NCBI GenBank assembly: GCA_010015585.1
Contig: ML975175.1
DNA from: Eremomyces bilateralis CBS 781.70
Lineage: Eukaryota
Reading direction: 5' to 3' (one strand)
Length of the DNA stretch: 64,000 nt
Below the pieces are notes generated by a model. The model did not search any database and had not been told where the DNA came from. It worked only from the letters and a program-made list of their open reading frames with translations. Shown one piece after another: positions 39,153 to 51,238 of the stretch (positions within the stretch are counted from its first letter, which is position 1; each line of letters starts with the position of its first letter). The position numbers were made by a program, and so were the translations under genes.

Positions 39153-41317
39153 TTACGCTCGTCCCGTGGGGATGTTGTAGAACACCGGGCCGGTCGAGCC
39201 CGGAGGAGGCGGGGAAACATCGTCCAGCTTGAAGAAACCCTTGCGATCGAATTGGATAATGGAGCCCTTGGGCAGCTCGGCCACATTGCAGTCCGCATAT
39301 GCGATGGTCTTGAACTCGGTGACCGGGGTCAAGACCTGCTCGAGCTCGTCGTCCTTCTCGAGCTTGTCTTTGGTGATGAGCAGGTCGAACTCGTACAGGG
39401 TGACAGGGACCAAGTTCTTCTCGATGGCGGCCAGCCAGGTGAGCTTCTTCTTGGTCTTCTTGAAGTCGCCCTCAAGATGCAGTTCGAAGGTGATGTCGGA
39501 CACCGTGCCGTTCTCCCCCGTCTTCTTTTCGCGGACGATGGCGTTGCCCCAGTTCATCAGCGTGACTTCTTCGTTGATCTCCACGCTCTGCGCATCGGCC
39601 TGTTCGAGGACAATGGTGTCTTTGTACCAGACCTTCTTCATTCCGACCTCCATGTTCTTCGCATGCTTCGGTTTCTCCGCCACCGTTTCCTCCTTGGGTG
39701 CATCCGCTCCAATGACACGACAGTGAACCGCATTGTCCTGGGCAACGGCCGTGAAGCGCGCGGCGATGGGATCCGTGTACTTCTTGTTCAACGCCCACAG
39801 CGCGCCCCATTCCAAATTCAGAATGTTCCGACTCGGCCCCTGCACCAGCATGAACTCCCGCAGCGCCTCGACCGTCATCCCCCGCCGCAGCATGCCGCGC
39901 ACCGTGGGCATCCGCGGATCGTCCCAGCCCCAGACCTTCCCGTCAGCTACGATGCGGGTGAGTTTCCGCTTGGAGAGCACGGTGCGCACGAAGTTCATGC
40001 GCGAGAAGTCCCAGATCTCGACAGGGCGCAGGCCGAGTGCGTTCTGGAACCACGCGTACTGCACATTGCGGTCGCGGTACTCGTTCGTGCGCAGCGCCAG
40101 CGTGACGCCTTCGAGGGAGTCGAGGATCGGGGCGCAGAAGTCGTAGGTGGGATATATGTTCCACTGCGAGCCGGTGCGGTGATGCGGCGTCGCATTGCAG
40201 CGGTAGATGACCGGATCGCGCATCGTGCCGTTCGGGCTGTCGTAGGCAATCCTTGCGCGGAGACACCACCGGCGTCCCTCGTCCGAGCCGGATTTCATCT
40301 CCTCGAACCAGCGAAGGGTTTCCTCAATGCCGAGGTCACGGCGTTTGGATGGCAACCGATTCTTTCGGTCCTCGTCTCCCTTCCCCAACTCCGCATCGTC
40401 GGCGAACGCGTTCCCATCCTTGATTATCTTGATGGCCAATTCGTACATCTGCTGGAAGTAGTCGCTTGAGTACGAGGTCGTGTCCGGGCGGATCCCCAAG
40501 AGCTCCAGGTCGTGGAGAATTGCGTCGTGGAACTCCATGGATTCCTTGGAGGGGTTGGTGTCGTCGAAGCGGCAGATCAGCTTGCCGCCGGGCTCCCGGT
40601 GGGCGAAGTATTCGTTGAGGACGATGGCTTTGGCGTGCCCGATGTGCAGGAATCCAGACGGCTCTGGGGGGAAGCGAGTCACCAGAGGGCCCTTGGTCCG
40701 GACTTGGATGTCAAAGCTTGCGCCCTCCTTCTCTTTCGCAGCCGTGTCGCTAAGCTCTTGGATGGTCTCGGGGATCCATGGATATGCCGCTTCGATGTAT
40801 TTGAACCAGCGGGTGATATTGTTGTTCGCTTGCTTCAACATGGATGAGGCCACATGATTCCCGCGTATTGTCGCCCACACGGCAACATCGGCGAGGGTGA
40901 GGCTGTATCCGACCATGTACGAGCGAAGAGTCAGGTGCTTATCGAGTTCGGCGAGTGCAGGACGGAATTCCTTGGATTTCGCATTGGCGAAGTTCTTGCT
41001 TCTCTCGACCCATTCGTCAACCTAGATGAAGTGTGAGTATATACATCTTATATTTAATAGGTCCTAGAGCTTACGCCGGCAATTTGCTGTTGCTGATTGA
41101 CAAGGTCACGGCAGTACGAGACGATCTTTTCATCCGCAAAGGTCTCACCATTGTCCAGCTTTAGACTGATTGCCGATTTATCGGAGAGGCTCGAATCTTG
41201 CTGGACATTCGTCGCTGCGACGGGGAGAAGGTTCGATCGTTCGAGGTAGCGGGCGACCAGCAGTGGAGGATAGAGGACGGCGGGAGGGCCTTTGACGGCC
41301 ACATCCAGACTGGCCAT
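39153..41317 (-). CDS. Eukaryotic cytosolic-type glutamyl-tRNA synthetase (GST-like N-domain; atypical motifs)
   Basis: TRFPPEPSGFLHIGH, RFDDTNP, RDPVIYRC, YPTYDF, VLSKRKL, WDDPRMPTVRG; one intron at ~41022-41074. Confidence 0.93.
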
Positions 41318-42273
41318 GATTGTCAAGGGTTTGGGGTAGTATAAAGTTCAATTGCAACCAGGTCGACAAGAAGGGGGAGGAATATCAGGTTTCGAAGCGA
41401 CCATGTCGGTTTCAGCAGGAATATCTACAAGTCATCCCACCTTGTGGTCTTTTTTTGGGCCCTCCGATATCAGGGGTGGAGGGGGGAAGTTTATAAGGCA
41501 CTAAGGCACTAAGGTCTCAATGACACATCTATGCAACCACGTGACATTGATTGACATTGGTCAGTTGGTCCTCCGTCTTGACAGTCAGTTGTTAATTACA
41601 TGGATGACTGAACCAGTCGTATGTATCTGGGTATGGAGGGTGATGTTTATGGTATGTATTTCTCGTTCGATTTCCTACGAAGCTACAGAAGCATCTGGTT
41701 CACATGACTTGTCTATAACTAGTTAACTACCTGTCTCTTACCTACTTGAACGGTATTTGATGTGCCTCACGCCGTGGAGAACTGGATGTCGACTCGGAAA
41801 AACTTCGGGTTTCACCGCATCTGGCCTTCTTTGATTGACTGTTGAATGTTGATGTTGACGTCTGGAATCTTGACAATTGAGACACAAATAGATCATGAGC
41901 TACTGATGTCGGAAATTCATTGCAAGTCCCTTTGATCGCTATACTCCTTCTACCTCCTCACTCCTCACTCCTCTCTGACACCTTCGGTTCATCCCTCCAG
42001 GATCTTCTAATATACCGGTATATGATACCTGCAACAGCTACTGGGTACTACGAGTTCCTGGACGAATCCTTATCGGTTCACCGTATAGTTCTGAATCCAA
42101 ATCTCGAATTCCATCCCCACTCTTGCCCAGCCGCTCTCCTGTTGCAGACGACGGCCGTTGCCGGAGGAATCCAGCGATTAGATGAAAGGGCCTTTAATAG
42201 AGTCTCTGCCCTATGAGAATTCGTACAAGTCCAACTTCCACCAGTGGATTTCCCCATCGCGACAATCTCCAGT

Positions 42274-43842
42274 ATGAGTCGAACATTGCCGGGACGTCAA
42301 GCTGAAGAACTGTACGTATAAGCCAGGCCGTGGCGCATAACCAGCGAGATGAGTACCAGACCAAAGCTTACACGGTGTTCCTAGACACAAATCAATCATC
42401 GCATACCTGTCGGCGAATAACCTATCCAACAGTGCCGCTGCACTCAGGACCGAGCTGAACATTGGCGAAGATGTTTTCAATGCCGCTACCGCGAAGAAGT
42501 ACGAAACATTGCTGGAGAAGAAATGGACAGGCATCGTCCGACTACAGAAAAAGGCATGTCAGCACCACCCATTCTTCCTACCATATACCTCCCCTACCGC
42601 CGTTTGGACCGATCTCTGACTAGCGTTCCCCCACAGGTAATGGATCTCGAGACCCGAAATACCGCGTTACAATCCGAGCTGGACAACGCGACACCTACCT
42701 CCCTCTCCCGACGCAACCAAGATCCTACTGCCTGGCTTCCTCGATCCCCTGCTCGACATACCTTAGAATCGCACCGAGATACCATAAACTGCGTCGCATT
42801 CCATCCCATTTTCTCCTCCATAGCCTCCGGCTCGGACGATTATACTATTAAAATATGGGACTGGGAACTAGGTGAACAAGAAAAAACCATCAAAGGTCAC
42901 ACGAGAGCAGTCCTAGACATTGACTATGGCGGACCACGAGGGGGAATCCTTTTGGCATCCTGTAGTTCCGACCTGACTATTAAGTTGTGGGATCCGGCGG
43001 ACGACTATAAAAATATTCGGACGTTGCTGGGTCACGATCATAGCGTTAGCGCCGTTCGCTTCATACCGTCAGGAGCTGCTGGCGCACCATTATCTGGAAA
43101 CTTGCTTGTGAGCGCCAGCAGAGACAAGACCTTGAGGATATGGGATGTCTCCACGGGCTATTGCGTGAAGACTCTACAAGGCCATACTGGCTGGGTGCGG
43201 GATGTTTGCCCCTCGCTGGATGGCCGCTTCCTTCTCTCGACTGGGGACGACACGACCGCTCGGTTATGGGATATCTCCGTATCGAATTCCGAAACCAAGC
43301 TGACCATGGCTGGTCATGAGCATTTCAATGAATGCTGCGCACTCGCTCCGCCGGCTTCGTACCAATATTTGGCACCCCTGGCTGGACTGAAGAAACCACC
43401 ACCTCTCAGCAGCACAGCGGAGTTTATGGCAACCGGGTCCCGTGACAAAACGATCAAGCTCTGGGACGCTCGTGGTAGTTGCCTCATGACGCTGGTAGGC
43501 CATGATAATTGGGTGCGAGCGCTTGTTTTCCACCCCGGCGGCAAATACCTCCTTTCGGTATCGGATGACAAAACATTACGCTGTTGGGATCTCAGTCAAG
43601 ATGGCAAATGTGTCAAGGTGCTCGGCGACGCACATGAACGCTTCGTCACCTGTCTAAGATGGGCTCCTGGAATCGCCAAGGACGTACCTGTGGTTCAGGC
43701 CGGGACGAACGAGGGACAGAACGGCGAAAGCAATGGGACGCCGAAGAGCAAGCGAACCGGACCGGCCGTCCCCGGTGTTCAGATACGCTGCGTTATCGCT
43801 ACAGGGGGTGTGGATCGGAAGCTGAGGATCTTCGCGAACTGA
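42274..43842 (+). CDS. nudF: LIS1/NudF/Pac1 dynein regulator (LisH, coiled coil, WD40 repeats)
   Basis: [14 protein letters not shown] Lis[21 protein letters not shown], repeated GH...WD units; introns ~42312-42384 and GC-AG 42554-42636. Confidence 0.95.
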
Positions 43843-45139
43843 GGACACACGCAATCGGCAGAAAATGATCCGACACTACTACATGCGGCCTCGTGCCACG
43901 GCGTCCAGCTTGTGCGACTCCGCAGGCTTGGTCTCGTCGACACCGCAGTTTGAAACGCAACGGTGCAACAATTTACGAAAACGAAGCGGGGCATCCTCAC
44001 ATTTCTACCATGGTGTTCCCGATGCGCTACTTTATTTCACGGTTGGCCACGGCCCTATGACAAACCTTGGGTACACGACAGATTCGATGGATCAATGACA
44101 TTCTTTGGATGATGTTGGATTCTTACTTTCGGTCCTCTTTTGGTGTCCCAAGTCTGCGCCAGCTCTCCTCGCGAATGCGTCTCCATAGTGCTGCGGAGGC
44201 CATCGACTCCTGGCACATCGACATACCGGATCGGTCCTCACGCTCGCATCCCTCGTGCAGATTTACACGGATTGCTCCGTCTAGGGCAGTACCCGAACTC
44301 TACTTCCTATCAGGCAACGATATCGAGATGTGGGAAGAGGCCAAGGGGGTGGCTGCAGGCGTTGATGGGGATTGGAACGACATCGCGTAGGGTGGATCGA
44401 AGAGATCAAACACGGGTCGCGGACTCTATCGGCTAGACGTATTACCTATGCCGCTATCACAACGAAAGGAACGTTAGCATCAAACATAAGTCCATAATAC
44501 ATATACAACCTCAAAAACGTTATCTGCCCAAACTCTGTCCCAGAATCATGGACGACGTCGAGGACGGAGGGTGGAGTCGGTCAGGTGACCGATATGGGCG
44601 CAACCTGCCATCACGCAATTGTTCACGCCTCGCGACCAGCTCGGCACTCAGCAATCAGCAATCAGACATCCTACTAGCTGATATTATGTAACTAGCCTGG
44701 TCGTAAAATCGTATATCCTTCCTGAATATTCTTTGCTTCCTTTCAAGTCTCAACCTTTTGTTGACATTCTCATCTTGGGCGATTTTAGCAGACTCGGACT
44801 TCGGAGCATCTCCACGAAGCAAGTTATTAGTTTACCCATTTCTGCTGCTAGTACACCCCACTAATCGGCATCGGCGGTATTTATCGTTCCGTCAATATTA
44901 ATTCAAACCAGTAATGTAGGACGAGGAGATTCGTAAACCCACCACGTAGGGGCCCTGCTTCAGGCTCCCGAATACATGCGTCACCCCAGGGCCCCGCTCA
45001 ACCAAGTGAGAGACACTTTAAATATTTGTCCTCATCTATGTTTGCTTGATTGCCGCTCATCCCAAGCCATTCCAACCCAATTGACCTACTAAAGTGCTAG
45101 TTATCCTTCATCACCTAAAATCACAAGCCCAATACGACC

Positions 45140-45670
45140 ATGCCTCTTACAATCACCATTCCCCAGGAGTACGGGTAAGTGCCACCACAACTATCCTTGG
45201 AGACCAAGCCGGGAAGTCACCGACAATCTAACAATATTTAAAGCTATGTCCTGCTCTGCAGTACCGCGACCTTCATCCTGTCGAACTGGCATGCAATGCG
45301 CGTCGGGTCCTTCCGCAAATCCGCCCAAATCCCCTTTCCTAATCATTTCGCGACGCCTGAGCAAATAGCAGCAGCGAGCGGAGACCGAAAGGAAGCCATG
45401 CACATCTTCAACTGTGCCCAACGGGCTCACTATAATTTCCTCGAGAACTACGTGAGCTTCCTGCCGGCGCTGCTCATTGCGGGCCTGAAATTCCCGGTGT
45501 CGGCCGCCATTACCGGTGCGGTGTGGTCGGTGTTCAGGATTGTGTATGCCGTCGGGTATACCAAGAAGAATACACCTAATGGGAAGGGGAGGATCGCGGG
45601 ACTCTACTTTTGGCCGACTCAGCTCGTGTTGTACGGTTTGGCTGGATATACCGCATACAGCCTTTTGTAA
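45140..45670 (+). CDS. MAPEG family microsomal glutathione S-transferase 3-like
   Basis: IPQEYG/YVL, FNCAQRAHYNFLEN, RIVYAVGY; intron 45175-45243. Confidence 0.92.
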
Positions 45671-45764
45671 GACTGGTGGCCCAAGATCTTATAGTCTTCC
45701 CATACCTTATCTAAACGACAAATGCAATTTCATCTTAATGCTGCCATTCGGGGTTAAGCGGTTG

Positions 45765-46267
45765 TCATAAGCCGCCTTGGATTGCGAATGATGATAAGAT
45801 GAGGATCAGGGTATTGATAAACGCCCACACGAAGGGGATCCAAGTGGACATCCGAAAGAATCCTGCATTGTAGATTGCACCCAAGCTACAGCTTCATCAG
45901 ACATGTCCTCATTCCCAAGGCGGTCATCAACTTACAGGCCTCCCACAATACTTCCGGCGATGAACGCCTCAATCCCTCCCACCACGAAATATACGACCGG
46001 CACAACCCATACCACCTTCCAGTTCTTCAGCTGGACCAGCACCGCGTACCCGCTCGTGGCTAGGTGCACGGCGGCGTAGAAGAGGATGGTCCATAGCAAC
46101 GTGAACCGCCAGATATCTTGGGTGTGGTAGAGGTAAAACGACTCGGCTCCTTGATTGCTCCCGAGGCCCGGGAACGGCCAGTATAGGGACGGGAAGGACG
46201 GCGTCACGTAGCCTGGTGGAGCGGGATTCTGGAGGCGATGTACAAAGCTGGTGTCTCTTTTAGCCAT
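45765..46267 (-). CDS. TMEM170-family integral membrane protein
   Basis: PSFPSLYWP, YLYHTQDIWRFTLLWT, GSIVGGL/LGAIYNAGFFRMSTWIPFVW. Confidence 0.85.
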
Positions 46268-46726
46268 GTGAAGTGCCTGGGAATACTGTGATATATACTG
46301 ACCTCATCGCGCAAATTGCTTGGATTTAACCATGCGACACTCCTCCATCCCCGTGCTCAGCTTCCATATCGGGTTGTCAATATATGGGGGAGTTGTAGCT
46401 GGTCAATACGTATCTCCGTACGTACTTATCAAATGTCGAAGCTCAACCATAGGCCGCTCACCACTGACGTGCATCATCACAAGATTCAAGCCAGGGTCCC
46501 ACTCAACTACTCAAGAATGCGGGCATGACTAAGCTAAGCCGACCTTCACTGGGCCGAGGCCGACCGAGCACCTGCATTCCGATGTAAACCCCCGAATTGT
46601 GAACCTCAATGCTAAAGGGGAACTCAAGGAATATTGGCTGATGCGAAAATGATCTTCAACCCTCGAACACGTATATGCTATATGTCATAAACGATCTGTA
46701 GCTCAACGCGTTGAAGTAGCGCGAAC

Positions 46727-48855
46727 ATGGCGGCGTCCGGCATGCTGTCCACGCTGCTGCGATCCCTCCAGACGTACACCGAACATCAAGACACGCCCAG
46801 GTAAGACCCAAGACGTCCAGACATCAATATCAAACTAACGGCATCGAAAGGCTACTCGGGAGTGCTGTTTCCCTTCTCACCAACCTTACCAACCCGCGCA
46901 ACCTCACCCTTCTCACCGCTCAGCTTCTCACAGCTCCCGCTATCTGGGAACAACCCGAAGGCGTTCGAACCGGCCTTTCTGTCATCAGCGTCTTCCATTC
47001 CGCTGCCCGAGCACTCGTCCACTACGACGAGCAAGTCGAAGAAGGCAATGTTCCAGAACTACTCCCGGGTCAGGTTCATCCGGGGGGTGGCATCCGTCGA
47101 GATGAGTGGGCACGCGCGATAGTCGAAGGCGCAAATGAGCATTCACCGAAATGGCGGCATCTGCTCGTGCTAAGCGGATTGATATCCGGTTTCCATGGAA
47201 ATCAGCCGTATGGCATCTCGAGTGGGCTGGAAAAGAGGTTAAAGAGTTCGTTTGCGCCGGCGACCAATGGCGCGTTAAGTGAGCTGGCAGCCGAGCCCAT
47301 ACTGGCGTCGAATACGGTTGCGATGGTTGTGAACATGACTTTCGAGCACCTGAGTGACTATGACAGGACGCTCTTTAATTATGAATTGCTTCTACCGCAA
47401 TTGATGGGCTCTGCATTCTTCTCAAACGAAGGCTTTCAGTCAGCCTATGTCGTAGGATTGATCGATCCGGATCTGGTAGAGGTACCAGGAGGAAGACTGG
47501 TTTGGCCGAAGAGCTCTTCATCGTACCAACAGCTTCAGAGGTTGCTGTCAAGACCACTAGTTTCCGGTATGGGCCCGCTATCGAGACTAATCGCCCATTC
47601 GGTCGAGCATTCCAGGGATCCTGTGCAGGTACAGGGTGCCCTGGACGGCCTGCTCGATTTCTCGAAATCACTTCTCACTCAGTGGCGGCTCAATAAGCTG
47701 TCATCGATCGACAACGCGGAGCAAAGCCGTTTCGTGGACCAGGAGACCATCTCGGAGACACTCCCGGCCATGTGGCAGGTCATGAAGACCGCCTTATTCG
47801 CGGCCATCATCATACTGCGAGGCATCATGGCAAGAGTGCTCGCGGACAGAGCACTCGCCTCGGATTCCACCGCCCCGCTGCTTGCATCGCATGCTCTACA
47901 CACCCTCCGAAATCTTTATTTCGTGACAACGAAACTGGGCACCGACTCGTTCACACAATACACATTTGTCTACCTGACAGCCTTGGACATCCTGTCCCGT
48001 TACCCCGGCCAATCAGAAGTCTTTCTGAAGGAGATCGCTCCGTTGCAGCTCGGCGCCATCCCGACCCATCCGCTCGATCGCAATCTTGACCTTTACTTCC
48101 TCAACACCTCGGAGCACTTCACCCTTGTCCTCTCCCCCGCCATGCTGGCCAACCTCCTCATTCCCGCCAGCATGCCCTACCTTTCCAAGAGCAGCGAACA
48201 GAATCTTCTCCCCCTGTTCGAAGCCGGCCACTCCGTTATGCTCTCCGTCTTCTGCTCACCGAGCAGCACCGAACTCGCCTCGAAACACATCCCTTTCTAC
48301 ATCGCCACACTCTTCTCCGCCTTTCCGAGCGATCTCTCCGCCCGGCAATTCCGGCTCGCTTTCAAGACCCTCATGCAAGTTGCCGCGCCGCCCTCGATCC
48401 TTGCGGCGCGGCAACCGGAATTACCGGCCACGTTGCTAGAGCTTCTACACCATCTTGCGCTCAATGCGCCGCCGGACAGGATGGCCGTGCAACATGCGCC
48501 GGGAAGTGAGGGGGATTCATCACCCATCTCCGAGCAGGCGGTCTACGTATTGACCATGATTGATTCCTTACCATATCTCTCCTTAGACATCCTGGAGGAA
48601 TGGCTTGACATCGCCGCGCGATTGGTCAATGTTTTGAATGCGGACGGGATGCGGGTCACTTGTCGGGAGCGGTTTTGGGATGTGTTGATGAACGGCGAGC
48701 TAGATCCGGATCGGTCGCAGATCTCTGTGGTGTGGTGGACGACGAAGGGCGGGGCGGACGTGCTGCTTCATGGAGCAGCGGCATATGGACAGGAGGAGGA
48801 GGGGGTGTTCATGAGCGGTGCTCTACCAGCTGCCGATAGGGAGGCGAAGTTGTAG
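46727..48855 (+). CDS. PEX8: Peroxin Pex8 (Yarrowia Pex17-like), C-terminal PTS1 -AKL
   Basis: SLLTNLTNPRNLTLLTAQLLTAPAIW, LYFLNTSEHF, LSARQFRLAF, WWTTKGG, ends EAKL*; intron 46801-46850. Confidence 0.88.
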
Positions 48856-49148
48856 TTGGACGAGGTCACAATGTAGCATCCTGTGTATTTACAAATACCT
48901 TTGGTTTAACAGATCATTTCAATATATCTGCATCTGGAGCAGAAGAGATCGATGGTCCCCGCCTTTGACATCCTTATGCAATTATCAACTTCGCCGAATT
49001 CAGAGGATGGTATTATATGCCTCAAGAAAGGACATATAAGGCGAAAAGAGTATAACAACTAAGTGTTTTCAATACCTTGGGGATATGCTTCCGGACCATC
49101 GATTGCTTCCCCCTTTGTTTTTGATTGACAGAGAATATTAAGTAGCCC

Positions 49149-50843
49149 TCATGAGCCCCAGATCCTATTCCGCTCCTTCATCTCCGTCCAACCTTGCCAT
49201 ATTGCCTCGTTTTCCCGTTGCCGCAAGAAATATGTCCGAACATAAATTTCAATTCCAAGCTCGCGCCACCCATTCTTGATTCTCTCGTCCTCCAGGATAT
49301 GCTCCCATCCTGCGTCTGTAACATGTCGAACAGTGGACAGAAATTCCATCTCTTGCTCGCCCATCTCTTGCGAGAGCAGTATTAGTATTGCAACGGTTGG
49401 CTCACTGACAAACCATGGATACCTGCGATGCTCCACAGGGCCGAGTACTGGGAAATAGTCCTCTGAAAGAGCGATTGGGCCTGACCCAAGGTGAAGATCG
49501 AGCGAGCGTAGATTTGGTGGAAGCCGAATTTGGGGATCCATTGTGAGACTACTGCCAAAGAGGAGCCATCTGCATATGCATGCGTCGCACAACGTAAGTC
49601 TCTTGAGCCTTTTGAACCGGCGGAGATATCTCAGAGGATTGGCCGACTCGTTCAGATGCGGTCGCTCAGGATGGACGCAACTCCACTCGAGTTCTTCGAG
49701 GGTGGAGCTGCGACTCAGCTTCTTCAGGATTTGATCCACTGGCTGTTCGGCCAATTCCATTTGGATACGGAAGGACTTGAGGTTCGAGGCTCCCACGATC
49801 ATTAGCGGGAGTATATCCAGGAGCTCGTTGTTCATCCTCATATTGTAGAGGACGAGTTCTTCCACGGTCGACGCAAATGGTTCGCTCAAAGTTCGTTTAT
49901 TCAGTCCGTAATGAGAAAATTCCTCGCTGGGGTTGCTATGAGTGGCATTGGATGCCGTACAGTATCGGAACGTAAGTCGACGGAGTGCGGGAAGTCGTAG
50001 GAGACGGCTGAACGAGATTGCTGAAAGCCAGGCCTCCTGAACTGTTACATCTCTGAGGTTCTTCAGTACTAATGGGAGCCCCATAGTCATCTTCGTACCT
50101 CGGCAGTAAGCCGTATTCACCAGGAGCATGCAGAAAGATAGTACATGTTTGGTCCGGAGCAGGTATTCCTCGGGGGGCATCAGGTTCCATTCTTGCAGAT
50201 TAGGTACGATGGCCAATAGCGCTGCCATCTCTGCATCTTCATCGCCGTGCTCCAGGGCATCGATCCAGCTATCGTGAAAGGGCACGTTCAGATCTCCTAT
50301 GGTTCGGAAAAGTTGAATCCTCAACGGATACTCGAGCTTCTCGGCAAGGGGCTGCCGAATATAAAGCGGCAGTTGAGACGTAGTCTTCCTTGAGTCGGGC
50401 TCTTCGTGAGCTCCCAAACAGAGCGGCGTATGGTCAATAGGACAGCGACTGAAAGTTAAGGAGCGAACCCAGTGCTGCCTATCGGGGTTGTCGAGGAGAC
50501 TGCAGATGACCGAGACGATCCAGCTGGGGGAGTGATTGTTAATGACGATCTCTCGATAAAAGATGGGCTCCCCAGCACTTTGGAACCGATGAGACACTCG
50601 GCAGAATGATAGTAGATTTCTCTGAGCAGCTTCAGTCCGCCTTCGTGTCCAACTTGGTCTGGTGACCATTGTGGTTGGATGGAGATAGAGCTGCTCCTCG
50701 TTTGAGATATTAACATGATCGTTCCCCAGATGTTCTGCGATCAAGGTAAGTAACTCGAGGGGTAGACGGTAGACTGGACTAGCTATTAGGTGTGTGTCAG
50801 TGGAGGCCTCATCGGGGCGAAATGGTCCGGAATGATCTGCCAT
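49149..50843 (-). CDS. F-box-like / leucine-rich-repeat-like protein (paralog A)
   Basis: SPVYRLPLELLTLIAEHL F-box-like start, LLSFCRVSHRF...EPIFYR, repeated LxxLxL motifs; intronless 564 aa. Confidence 0.7.
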   Translation of the reverse strand: MADHSGPFRPDEASTDTHLIASPVYRLPLELLTLIAEHLGNDHVNISNEEQLYLHPTTMVTRPSWTRRRTEAAQRNLLSFCRVSHRFQSAGEPIFYREIVINNHSPSWIVSVICSLLDNPDRQHWVRSLTFSRCPIDHTPLCLGAHEEPDSRKTTSQLPLYIRQPLAEKLEYPLRIQLFRTIGDLNVPFHDSWIDALEHGDEDAEMAALLAIVPNLQEWNLMPPEEYLLRTKHVLSFCMLLVNTAYCRGTKMTMGLPLVLKNLRDVTVQEAWLSAISFSRLLRLPALRRLTFRYCTASNATHSNPSEEFSHYGLNKRTLSEPFASTVEELVLYNMRMNNELLDILPLMIVGASNLKSFRIQMELAEQPVDQILKKLSRSSTLEELEWSCVHPERPHLNESANPLRYLRRFKRLKRLTLCDACICRWLLFGSSLTMDPQIRLPPNLRSLDLHLGSGPIALSEDYFPVLGPVEHRRYPWFVSEPTVAILILLSQEMGEQEMEFLSTVRHVTDAGWEHILEDERIKNGWRELGIEIYVRTYFLRQRENEAIWQGWTEMKERNRIWGS

Positions 50844-51238
50844 TGCGGTTCTACTCAGTCAGTCGAGGAGGCTTTCATAGCGTCGCATTTATAACAAGTG
50901 AAGGTAGTAGTGCACGCCACACCAGAAGCCAGACTGAAAAAATCGAAGGATGGATGGACTATTTTAAAGCCCAAGGTCGACTAATTCGCAGAGTCAGAGA
51001 TTCACTAGCTGTGGCACGTCGATTTCAATCATTCACGTCGAGCCGGGATACATTTCTTGAAACCCACTTAACGTACTATCTCTTGCGTTACAGAGTATAC
51101 ATCACTGTGAAGCAAAAGAGCCAGCCTCTTTTCACGGTAAAGGCACAGTCAGGCGTCGTGCAAGGCCACTCGCTTATTCGAACCAGCTTTCCCCGATTTT
51201 CGTGCTATGGCGCGGACAGACGTACACCTCGAATAGGT

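Noticed and set aside
38955..40469. 504-aa ORF antisense to GluRS
   Set aside because: Explained as a shadow of G/C-ending codon bias; starts at a non-ATG codon and has no recognisable motifs
14770..43842. Roadblock and LIS1 as a dynein gene cluster
   Set aside because: 27 kb apart with many unrelated genes between them
43865..44436. Short ORFs downstream of LIS1 as a real gene
   Set aside because: Interrupted by stops and no family recognised; at most a remnant
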